Shown here in pieces: positions 37,768 to 48,961 of a DNA stretch of 64,000 nt. The notes under the pieces were generated by a model. It worked only from the letters and a program-made list of their open reading frames with translations. It searched no databases and was not told the origin of the DNA. Numbering within the stretch: position 1 is the stretch's first letter; the number at the start of each line of letters is the position of its first letter. Both the position numbers and the translations under genes were made by a program. The stretch lies in assembly GCA_051047955.1 (NCBI GenBank), contig JBPGPT010000005.1, forward strand, positions 620,001 to 684,000. The letters are read 5' to 3'. The DNA is from Cystobasidiomycetes sp. EMM_F5. Its lineage: Eukaryota.

Positions 37768-38262
37768 ATGCTTCTCAAGGCATTAACCTCCATCGTCCTC
37801 CTCGCTACTACGGTCGCTGCTGCAGTCGCCCCACCCCGCATTGTCACCGTACCTGATGCTTTGACCCCTGCAGCCTGCTACAATTTGGTGAGAGACTGTG
37901 CTCAAGCATTTGCTTGGTCTCTTGACTGATGAAGAGAATATCAGGGTTATGATGAAGGCTTCAATCAGTGCTACAATGCCATCTACACTGATGCGAGTCT
38001 AGATTACGGAAATAGCCACGGAGTGGGATACTCGCCAGAAGGCGCGGGCGTCCGCAAGCCCACTGATTACGGACCGCCTCACGCCAATTGTAATGCTCCT
38101 CTCCACATCGCGCAGTACAACGTAGGCTACGTCACTGGCTACGCAGCACGCTATGTCAACGTGCTTCAAATCTATCGCGCTGCCTTCATCGCTTGCGGCG
38201 GTACTCCTCCGCCTGTTCCATCTACGATTTCCCAGACCAGACGTGTCCAGCGCCGCCAGTGA
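37768..38262 (+). CDS. Small secreted protein of 145 aa with 4 Cys (exons 37768-37887 and 37945-38262)
   Basis: Signal peptide MLLKALTSIVLLATTVAA; canonical 57-nt GTGAGA..ACTGAT..TCAG intron joins the exons in frame; CT-rich and TATA-like sequence upstream. Confidence 0.75.
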
Positions 38263-38712
38263 GGTTACAGCCCCCTTGTGGAGACATACAATGCTGATCA
38301 GTGCGAAATCACAGGATGGAGATACAGAAACGCCACTCTGATCAATGGTAGAGCGCGTTTGTATATCCAGCGCGACGCTTCATTACAACAGAATGTCTCG
38401 ATATTATCCGTGCTTTCGTTAATTTCTCGCTGTGAAACATTCTTCGCAGAATCGTTATTATACTCTTTTCATACATAATGGTTTGTTATCGCCCATATAC
38501 GTACGCAGTCTGTGCAATGCTCTTTGTGCTTGCGGGTAGTCTATTAGTGTTTGTAGGGGAAACCATAGATGGACAATGTGTCACAGACTTGACACTCGCC
38601 TGATGCTGGCTTATTGAGCAGGCTACTACCGCCTATTATACAGAATTACCACCTTCGCACTTTTTGACTAGACGGAGACACGCTATTGACGAGCTTTCCT
38701 AGACTGAAGAAA

Positions 38713-41559
38713 TTATTGCATGAAGTAGCCATCATTCCGCGTGAAGCTGGCATTGGAAGGTCTGCCGCGCATGCCGAGTTGCACGTCCTGTACCTCTTGT
38801 GGCGTGTACATCCCTACGTTCTGCCATAGTCTATCTTGGTGCGAAGTCGCTCCTGGAGCGTCATTGCTCCATAATATGGATGATCTACCTGAGTCCGGAG
38901 TCTCGGCTGTCTGCTGCTGCGAAGGTGAATATGCGCTTCTTGCGGTAATCGCCTGACTTGAATGCAGCGGCATAGTAGGATAGGGGTGCGTCATGTCTCG
39001 CCTTTCGCCATGGCTGTACAAATCGCCCACGGAATGGAATGCTAGATTAGACACCGGTGGCAAAACACTCTGCTGAAGCTGTGTTGCATTTTGTCTAGAC
39101 GGCACATCTTCCGCATTACCATCCGGTGGTGTGTGGCCTGTGCTGTCGCTGCCATTGCCAAAGATGCCGCGCCATGGTCGCCAGCCGGTATGACCGCTGC
39201 TGGACCTCGTTGTACTCTTCGTCAATTGCATGGGTACTTCTGATGCCACTTCCGCTCGATGATGCAATTCCTCGTGTCCATCGTCGTTGCTGTTAGTAGC
39301 AGACGAAGACACTTCTTTCGTGAGCGGGAATTTGTGTCCTCCATCTGGATCATCCTCCGGACTGCTGGTACCCAGAGATCGCGCATCGGGGTTAGCAACC
39401 GATAGCTGTAAATATATCTTTAGCAAACGAGCCAACTTTAGTGCAACAATGAACGCACCGGACCGCTTCTTCGTCGTCGATAGGTATCTGACACGTATGC
39501 AGAGGGTCGACGTGCTTGCTTCTGTCCGTGCGCGTATTGAGCATGATCCTCATCACTGCCCACATAGGTCAGAACTTCGGTTGCAGACCCTCGGTCCTCT
39601 CCGACGCTCTGATGATCGTTGAAGCCGAGATGCGTGGAATGGTCGTGTGAATATAATTCACCAGGTGTATCGGCGAAAGGGTCGCGGTGCGCCTCATGCG
39701 ACGCAGAAGCCTGTGGCGTCAATTGCCTCGGTGCCTGCGCGTATGACATTTCAGAGAAATCGTTCATGTTGCGTGAGTTGCCCGCTGCAAAAGCGCCCGC
39801 AGGTATCGTCCTCCTGCGATCTTGGCTTGTCACGTAAGCCTGACCAGCCATGTCGCCGTATGGTTGATTACCTCCATAGTCATAGAGAGCTGTTGCGTCG
39901 TCCGCTATTACAGCTGTCGACCATGGTGAAGATGCGTAGGGGTATTGCACATCAACAAGATTGTTGTTGGGTTGATAGACATCGCCAAAGGGATCGTTCA
40001 TCTCCCTCCCGTAGTCACCATCACCGCTCGGCAAATACTGAGCACGATATGTATCTTCAGCCAGGCCAGCTCGGTAGCGCTCCTGCCTATGTTCAGGTTG
40101 ATGGACGATCACGCCCAAACTCGTTGTCGAATCACCGAAGCTCGAAACGGAACTTGCTGCAGATGCACGATACTGTTGTCTGCTAAGTGATCGAGTAAAT
40201 ATCCCCTTTGCCGCAGCAATTGCACCCGCGCCAAAGCCTCGTTTCTCGTCGTGACTATCGGGTAGGCCGAGTTGGGCGTCACCAGAGGAAGCGGAGACTC
40301 GTCTGCGCCATAAGAGCAGAAAAAGTGTCAGACCAGCAACAATGGCTACACCACCGATTGATATTCCGGCAATTGCGCCTTTGCCTGTGCTGGTTGCAAA
40401 GAAAGTTGCCGCCTGTTGGCCCGCTTGATCTGCTGCTCCTATCGGTGATGGTATCGCAAGGCTGCTGCTCGTGGCAGCACTGCTAGTAAGAGGAACAGCA
40501 TCAACGCTGATGTTGTCGACGCTAGCGGTGTGAACGATTGATGAAGAGGGTGGTGACGCTGTAAAGCTAATACAGTTCGAATCAAAGACGGTTGTCATAC
40601 GCTGGTTCACAACTACATTTGACGTTGGGGACTGTGTCGAGCCTGTACCAGGCTGAAGCGCTGTCCATACTATCTGAGAGGCTGTCAGCGAGACTGATGA
40701 ATTGCCTGGCGCTCTTCTCGACAGGCCCGTTTCTGCTTGGCTACCGGTCGTCGTAGTCGCGTACGCCGCACAAACGTAGATGACTTTTGCTGCGGTAGGC
40801 GATGGGGTATTGAGTGCCACGGCGGCGCTTGTATTCGAAGATAATGTCAAGGTCTTTGGCGGAGTCGACGTCGATAGGGTGGACTTGCTTGACGCAAGAC
40901 CAGGAGTACTAGATATCTGGTCTGTGTTTGCTGGACCGGACGTGATGGCGGCCGTAGAGGCGGTGGATGTACTGACGATTGTTGAGGAGGTCGCGGAACT
41001 GCCGGTCTTGGGAGAAGCATTGGGTGAGCTAGGTACTGCGACAGCGCTTGGCGTAACTAGACTTTGCCTGATTGTCGTCGATAATGAAGCCGAGGTGAGA
41101 TTGGTATTTGTAATGGTCAATTGTGCGCGCGTTGGCAAGGTAAAAGGTACGACAGACGATGGTGCAGTCGCGGAGCCGGGGGATGAAGCCCTGTCAGAAG
41201 CGGCGGTAACCGGGTTGGATGCCGCGGCTGTGATTGTCGTTTCGGCAGGTGTATCCGTGTTTGTTATAGGTATGAACGAGAACTCTTTACGCGTGTCCAC
41301 CTGGCGTCGCCTTTTTGCGCGATGTCGGTCGCGTTGGAAGACGAGGGGTCCGTGCGATTGGTTTGACGTGCTGGAAGGCGCAAATATGATGAGCTGCATC
41401 CCTGAATCACGGATATGCGTCTTACTTGTTTTTACTATCAAGCTTGTCCCCGTTGACAGGATCGTGTACGGTTGCCGAAGAACCGGGACATCTGCTGAGC
41501 GGACTGGAGTATCCGAGCATACGCGCGAGCATACATAGCAGTTCTGTACTTGTATCCAT
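38713..41559 (-). CDS. Ser/Thr-rich single-pass membrane protein (Mid2/Wsc/Msb2-like surface sensor); start uncertain
   Basis: Long S/T/A/P-rich region, TM helix AIAGISIGGVAIVAGLTLFLLLWRRR, cytoplasmic tail with DPF motifs; the 53-nt intron 39406-39458 joins the two large ORFs. Confidence 0.75.
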
Positions 41560-42021
41560 TTACCCAATCTGTGTAAGCTTCCTGCGTCTTTGCTGTCTGC
41601 AGTGCGAATGGCCTGAAATCTGATAATAATCGCGTCTGTGATACGAGGCCAGCTCGATAATTAATCTTCGACGTGGTAGAGACCAGCTCCTTGCAGTTGA
41701 GTGAGTGTAGTAATAAACAGAGTGAGTGTGTGGTGGTCGTGTTCGTGCTAGTGCCTTGCGGCGGTTGTGAGGTCGGAAACAGTCGCAGTCTGCTGGCGAT
41801 TACCAGGCAGCAATAGCGGAGACAGACTGCATTTCGTTTACCTGTGCACGACAAGCTGGCAGTATGGTGCAAGGAGGGTGAGCACAACATTGAGCCTACA
41901 ACACAGACCGTCATTCGCGCTAACAGCTTTTGAGCTCGAGCCCTCCCAGCCGTTGCATCACGTCAATCATCAAACATATGTCACGATTGACAAGAAGCGA
42001 TCTTTTTCATTTACATGTAAG

Positions 42022-43234
42022 CTACAGCGCGTCACTATTGTCTGCGACCTTCTTCTTCTTTGGTGTGATTTTTAGACTGAAATCAATGTGCTGAACTGAC
42101 TGATGGATGGAAGAAGTCGACATGATGTCCACATCTGTCGAATCATTGTGAGTGATTTAGCGGGACGTCAATGAATCAGGTTCTCTTACCAGGATGGACG
42201 TGAGACTCGAAATTCTCTGGCGTGATTCCGCCGCTGACTTCGATGAGCCATTTCCGTTTTGCCAGATTCTGTTCCGCTTCGCCATACCTCTGCTTTAACG
42301 ACTTGCAGCATTCGTGAAGCTGCTCAGGCGTGAAATTATCCAGCATTACGACGTCCGCGCCGGCATCGATAGCTTGAACTGCCTCCGCTTCGTTCGTGCA
42401 TTCGACATCGATGCGTAACGAGAAGCCGCACACCGATCTGGCTGCGGCAACTGCGTCCGGTATGCTTCCTTTCGACCAGATGTGGTTGTCCTTGAGCATA
42501 ACCATACTACTCAAATCGTAGCGATGCGGATCAACGCCTCCGACAAGCATTCCGTACTTCTCCACTATACGAAATCCTGGAGTGGTCTTCCGTGTTCCAG
42601 CAATGATGCCCTTGTAGCCGCATGCTTTTGCCTTGTCGGCTAGTCTGCGTGATCTGCAGCGGCATGGCTCAGCTATTGTTAAGTTGGAAAAGAAGCGCGA
42701 TACCGACTGTGTCGCAATGCCGGAGCATCTTGCCAGTGTGTTCAGTGCCACGCGCTCACCCAGCAGTAGATGACGGGCTTTCCCAGAAACTGTCGCTACC
42801 TTGACCTTCGGATTGCTTGTAGAGACCGCGATGTCGTCGCCTTCCTTGAAATGCCATTGTACCCTGTCCTCCAGCGTAAGTGTGTAATCAGCGTCTAGTT
42901 AACGGCTCTGGGTATCTTACGTGCAATCCAACTGTTTGAATATCTCGTCGAAGAAAGGAACTCCGGCCAACACACCCTGAATGACATCAATTGTCGGACG
43001 TTCTTCAGACACAATCAATCTAACATACCGGCTTCTTACATAGTAAGACCGCTTCTTCTTCGCTTTCTCCCACTACGAACCCTCCGTAATCAAAGCTTGG
43101 AGTGTCTTCGGCTGTATAGACTGATCAGTTGGTAGGCTTTGATTCGAGCGATAGCCAGGCATACCAAGCCATTGAGTAATGATGGCTTTCCACGATGGAG
43201 GTAGTAGGTGGGCATGCTCGCCGTGTGCAGACAT
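42022..43234 (-). CDS. BNA6: Quinolinate phosphoribosyltransferase (nicotinate-nucleotide pyrophosphorylase)
   Basis: [80 protein letters not shown]. Confidence 0.95.
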
Positions 43235-43518
43235 AGTTTATGTTTAGAAGAGGTGAATTGAAGAAGGGCATGCTGTCCATTGCTCCGCTACACTTTCGGC
43301 AACGATCAGGTCGGGAAGACATGTCTGTTGCTTTCTGCCCATCAAGTTCACACAGTACCCAGGCTAGCGTTGCATCACAATGATGACACGTCCAACACTG
43401 CCGCCCTCTGGACGTCGACATGCCTGACCGAGCGCAGCCGACCCGTACCGGCAACTAAGTCTTGGCCAACCTACGTACTGACTTGCGCACGTTGTCTTCC
43501 TGACATCTCTACGAAGCC

Positions 43519-44282
43519 ATGGGCAACTCACATAGCACCATAGGCTTGATGGGCAGCGATGACGTCGTGCTCGAAGTCATCAGCGGGTGCGGCAAGCGTC
43601 CATCAACAATCACCAATGTTGCTACCGGGGAAGTCGTGTATACCACAGTCCTGGAGAAGCCTGGTCTACTGAAATCCAATATCCTACATGTCCATGGCGG
43701 CAGTCACGGTCAATCTCAAACTCCGTTTGCTTCCCTGCATGGCACCAGCACCGTGCAATTTCACATGGATGTTGGACAGGCAGCGGCAGACATGCAGCAA
43801 AGGAACTTCCTCTTCAAGGTTGGAGGCATGTTTTCAGGGTAGGTACCATCACCATCTCCGCTTTCAGTGGCTCATACGTTGCACCTAGTCGAAATCGCTT
43901 CATTGCACGAAGCGAGACATGGCGTTTTGCACGAGCTGGGAATTCCATAACGGTAAGTTCAGCAAACTAGATCCACTTGTCCGGGCTGAAGTGGCCGTGT
44001 CCATCACAGCTCTATCCGCCTTCAGCTGTATCACCGATCGCCATCTTTACGTACGTACCTGTCGGGTTGAGGTCGCCTGTAAAGCGCAGCATTCGCATCC
44101 TGCAAGACGGTAACGTGACGAGCGGAAGCGACAAGAAGTCTAGATATGCACTGTACGAGTATGGCAAGCCAACAGCGTACTTGGACATTACAATTGTTGC
44201 TGAGCTTCTTTGGCGCCGTTGGGATGCTGGATGGGAAGGTACGGATGGAATGGGAGGAGAGATACTTGTAGTGTCCGGATAG
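43519..44282 (+). CDS. Uncharacterised protein with N-myristoylation motif (tandem paralog A, 3 exons)
   Basis: MGNSHS start; colinear with the 44647-45438 paralog, with the same two intron positions. Confidence 0.8.
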
Positions 44283-44646
44283 AAGTTGCGAATCATTCCG
44301 TCTCGCTGAGTACTGTATTGTATCTCGTATGTCACAAAATTTGGTTGGTGACAAGTATGATTCCCCCTTTTCCACCAAGTAATGCGACCAAACTTGCTTC
44401 TTTGTCTCCGCAAAAGCTGTGCCGGCATGTACGTGGGGGACATTATGCTCGATGGAGTAATATGATACATAGCTGGTGCTTGGCATGACATAGGGAGAAC
44501 GTGACGACTCTAGCCGTTAACGTTCACGGTTTGCATGACGCCCGCTATGTTGGACGCAACCGAGCGGACCCGAGACCAAATCTTAGCGCTGGCCTCTTCT
44601 GACGTCCACGCAGTACAATCATGCTTGTCTTCGCATCTTTCGCATC

Positions 44647-45438
44647 ATGGGCAATTCCCACAGCATTGAACGCTTACAGAGCGAGGGTGATATCGTCCTC
44701 GATGTCGTCAGCGGCAAAGGCAAAGAACCTTCCACTTTCACCAACCTCGCTACCGGTGAAGTCCTGTACACCACAGTTCTAGAGAAATTCCCTGGACTGC
44801 TCAAGTCCCGACATCTGCACCTCAATGGTGGCAGTCATGGTCAACTTGATACTCCGTACGCAACCTTGTATGGCTCGAATACCATAGGATTCCACATGGA
44901 CGTCGGGCAGGCGGCAGCAGAGATGCAGCAGCGCAACTTCCTGTTCAGAAGGGGTAGCATAATGACCGGGTACATTCCATCACCCCGTTCGAAAACGTCT
45001 GAAACACTGATTTGTTCCGTCTAGACGAAATTACTTCATTGCGCGAAACGAGACATGGAGATTCCAGCGCGCTGGCAAATCTATTCTGGTGTGTAGTCTG
45101 GATTCCACTTCGATATCATGCTCCTGACACCACTGTCACAGCTCTTCGCGCCATCAGACGTGACTCCAAGCGCCGTCTTTACGTACAGCGCCGCCTGTCT
45201 TACACACAGGTCGGTACAGCGCACAATCCGCATACTCGAAAGCGGTATCGTCGGCAGCGGCACCGACAAGAAGTCTCGGTACGCTCTCTTCGAGCACGGA
45301 AGACCCACGGCCTACCTAGACATTGCTATTATTGCCGAGATCCTCTGGCGCCGCTGGGATGCTCGCGCTGAAGGTGGAGACGGCATGGGAGGTGAAACCC
45401 TTCAAGTAGCGCCGGCAGTAGCAGTAGCAGTGAACTAG
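44647..45438 (+). CDS. Uncharacterised protein with N-myristoylation motif (tandem paralog B, 3 exons)
   Basis: MGNSHS start; shares ATGEV.YTTVLEK, GGSHGQ, FHMDVGQAAA.MQQRNFLF, DKKSRYAL.E.G.PTAYLDI and LWRRWDA with paralog A. Confidence 0.8.
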
Positions 45439-45734
45439 CTGGCATTTCGGCGTTGCAGTTTAGGATGTTGTCGAAGGCTGGATGGATTTCAGCTCGAGTA
45501 GTGAATCATAATGATAGCAGCTGCTGTATGAGGCTGCTTCATCAATGTCGTTGCTATTTCCATCAACGCTTTGTGGCTTCTACGCTGTTCCACGTGACGC
45601 GTTGAGAGTCTGTTGCGGCTTCAAGTTCTTGTGCTTGCCTGCGCTTGGATTTGTTTCCACAGCAATACCTCCCGCAACTCACACTGAAGCATCTGCTTGC
45701 TCTGCCGTTTCCTGCTGGGTCCGCTGCAACAACC

Positions 45735-47582
45735 ATGCCGCTCAATTACAGGTGAAACACCCGGTCGCACAGCTGCCGCAAACCGCGACATTCTGACAGT
45801 CGTGCTCAAACGTATGCAGCAAATGGGATCAGTTGGAACTCAGCTCTGATTCTGACATCGAAGTGCATCCAAAGTACGAGAATTCTGCAGGCCGTTTGCG
45901 CACTGCCGCTGACCATAATGTGCCTGACGTGGTAACAGTGTCGACAAAAAGTCCTTCATTCGGTATGCGAAGCCTTATTAATATCTGCATACTAGATAAA
46001 TCATTGACGCGCTACTTCGTGATGCTGTTCAGCATGAAACAGCGCCAGATACACGAGAAACGAGAAGAACGCAAAGGCAAGATAGCGTTTCTCAAGAGCG
46101 AGATTGAATTGAACAACACGCTGGAGCCTAGAATCGACGAAGTTATTGCTGGAACGTCGAAAGAAGGTTCTGCATATTTCGAGCGCAAGGTAGCAGAGTT
46201 GGCCGTCACAAAGAATGATCCTAATGCAGCACGACCGCCTACTGGGAGAGCGGACCAGCCGTCATATGACGATATGGTGCATGCGCTCATGACGACGGTT
46301 GCCGATGAAGTGCGCAAGAAGAATATCAAGGAAACGGAGGATCGGTCGAAAGAGCTGGAGAAGGTCTTGCGAGAACATCGCAAACAACTGTCCCAGCGAA
46401 CTGAGCAGTGTCACAAGGAGATTGAAGCTGAAGAGGCTGAGCGAAGGAAGCATATTACCAGTGAAGATTTGCACGATGGATTCAGCGTTGGCGTCAGTCG
46501 CATCGTCTGCCTTCAATATTCTATGCGCAGACACTAAATTGGGGGTCTAATATACAGCACGTCAACAAGAATGCCGCGACAGCACAAATTGTAGATCCCG
46601 TGAAGCCAGTGCCCAAACTCAACAAGGCCGCGGCTACAAAAGTCACTTCGACCGAATTCGAGGTACTCAATCCCAAGTCTTCGGGCTCGCAAGCAGACGC
46701 GGCGCCACATTCAGGATATGCGCCAGACTCCGAATCGACAGCAGGGCCCAGTACGATAAATGAAACTACTGCTGACGACGATGACGATGAGGATGAAGAG
46801 ATTCCTACAATGTCACCGGCCGCTAAACGATTCTCACAATTACAACCTGGCAATTGGGAAGCCGCTTTCAAAGCGCTGTCCGTAGAACCCACCTTGCTCC
46901 AAGAATCTGTCAACGACGCCATACTTATGGAGGCGTTTGAAGCCGGCATTCGTGGTGATCTGAAATACGCAGAAGCGTGCGTTCATCAGGCACTTGTGTT
47001 ACAGTACTGCCGGAAACTAGGCAGGGATGGCGTTACATTATTCTTCAAACGGTCGGTCTACTTCTTGGCTTAAAACCCCACATTCTGATGGATGTGCTAT
47101 TTTACAGCATGGCCACGAATAAAGATGCGTTGCGCGTTTTCCAAGACGACGTCCGCACAACTTGGCAACGGATCAAGACACGCTCCGGAGAGATGGCTAA
47201 AGAGCGAGAGGAAGCTGGAGTGAATGGGGCTGGCGAGCGCGAGCAGATTCAGCTCGTTGCGCAGGATGAATCTACGACGATCACGTTTGAGGTACCGGAC
47301 GGACCGCCTCCAGAGAATCTCACTTTGACCGGTGAAGGATCAGAAGAAATGGACGTGGAGAAAGTCCGAGAATTTTTGCAGAAACGCTGGGATATCTTTG
47401 AGTCCTTCCCAAAGAATTTCAAGTCGGCTTTGCAAGCCAAAGACTTGACGGAAGTTAATCGCGTGCTTGGACGCATGTCTGTTGATGAGGGAGAGGAGAC
47501 TGTACGCCTATTGGACGAGGCCGGAATCCTGAGTTTCAGCAGTACGGATATTGTCGATCGGACGCAGGAGGGACAACCGTAG
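45735..47582 (+). CDS. CDC37: Hsp90 kinase co-chaperone Cdc37
   Basis: MPLNY|SKWDQLELSSDSDIEVHP|NVDKKSFI|RMKQRQIHEKRE, ITSEDLHDGF, CVHQALVLQYCRKLGRDGV, EVNRVLGRM. Confidence 0.95.
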
Positions 47583-47687
47583 TCGTGAGTACAAGTGATG
47601 TAAGGCAAACAACCTTGTAAGCTTGAACAACATAGCTCAGGAGCAGCACGCCTTGCCACATGCCTCTGCGTCGCTGTAAGCACTTTG

Positions 47688-48733
47688 CTAGGAAGACGGG
47701 GCTTGAAAGGGAAGCTCGTCCTCATCGCTTAGGGTACCATCGAGATGTTTTGCAAAGCGGATGGCCACCTGCGCCGCAAACTCCTTGCGCTTATCATCAT
47801 TTGGCATCGCCATGGCTTGATCTCTCAGTCCTGCCAGCTGTGCGAACATTGTTGCTAGCTGTGTTGCAGATTCATCTTCGTCGTCGACATCGAATTCATC
47901 GTCTCCACTGAATTGCCGCGTCCCAGATTTGCCGCCATGTTTGCCATTCGAGAAAGCTACAAAGGGCGCAAAATCGTCTTCGAATGCCTCGAGAGCAGGC
48001 GATACCGAATTAGAGGGATGCGCGGCTGTTGTGTCTTGCTCAGAACCGCTGAGTTCGTCATCATCGACGAAACGCCTCGTTGATTTCGCTTTCATCTGGC
48101 CTGACGGCCAAACGTGCGCTTGTAAAGCCTCTTGAAAACGGTCAAGACCGCTTTGTCCTGAAATTACATATCAGCTCGCATGTAGTTGTAAACCACCGCC
48201 AAAGCGCACCACCCGTATCGTCATCCGCTGTTGCTTCCAGATCAATGTATTCCCAGCCTGTGTCGATACACTTGTCGGACTGCTGCTCTGCAGAGAACGG
48301 GGACTGTGACGCGTGAGAGACACCCAGGACTATTGGAATATCGATGTTATCCGTATTGAGGTTGTTTAACAGAGAGGTATCGATACTCTGCGATGCGCGA
48401 CTTAGCAATCTGTCATCGGTAGGCTGTCTGATTCAGCGCACATCTCCTCGGTCTACTATGATTACGACCGCTGCTACGCCTGCTGAGACTCTGTCTTTGA
48501 GGTCGCGCAGTTCGTGCATCCACTTTAAAGACACTCTTGCTTGGTAGTATCGATTATCGATAGACCAAATTAGATGGTCGCCATTAACCAAGGAGCCCTT
48601 CACTTCTCCCAAATCTGCAGAGAGATCAATACTTCAGCGTTGCGCTTTGCGAGGAGCGTCATTAGCTGACTCTGCAAGACGACCTGGCACACTTCGACCG
48701 GTAGTTGCGACAGGACATATATTGTGTTTTCAT
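47688..48733 (-). CDS. Alpha/gamma-adaptin-binding protein p34 (AAGAB/Irc6-like); start uncertain
   Basis: WSIDNRYYQA motif, GWEYIDL, acidic linker, C-terminal LAGLRDQAMAMPNDDKRKEFAAQVA. Confidence 0.7.
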
Positions 48734-48961
48734 GAGTGAACGGTGCCGGAGCTGCGACCATTGCTGATCCAGATAGACTATGTCAATCTTGGTACTCAGT
48801 CAGGCTGCGCTGTCGCTTTCGCAACTCATTACAATAATGCCATGATCAGGTCCCACCGAGCCAAGTCCAGGGCGCTGCTTGTCGCGCGTCCGTCATAATA
48901 TTGCACATCAATTCCTGCTTGTAATTCTGGCATACACTGCTGCTTTCAAGTCTGATTCCGC

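Noticed and set aside
39406..39458. Apparent frameshift or stop between two long minus-strand ORFs (pseudogene or recoding)
   Set aside because: A canonical 53-nt intron (GTGCGT..GCTAAA..TACAG) joins them in frame
40780..41538. 252-aa antisense ORF, and similar ones at 8061-8576, 50949-51482 and 60911-61246
   Set aside because: Shadows of low-complexity Ser/Thr/Ala/Gln coding sequence on the opposite strand; no independent motifs
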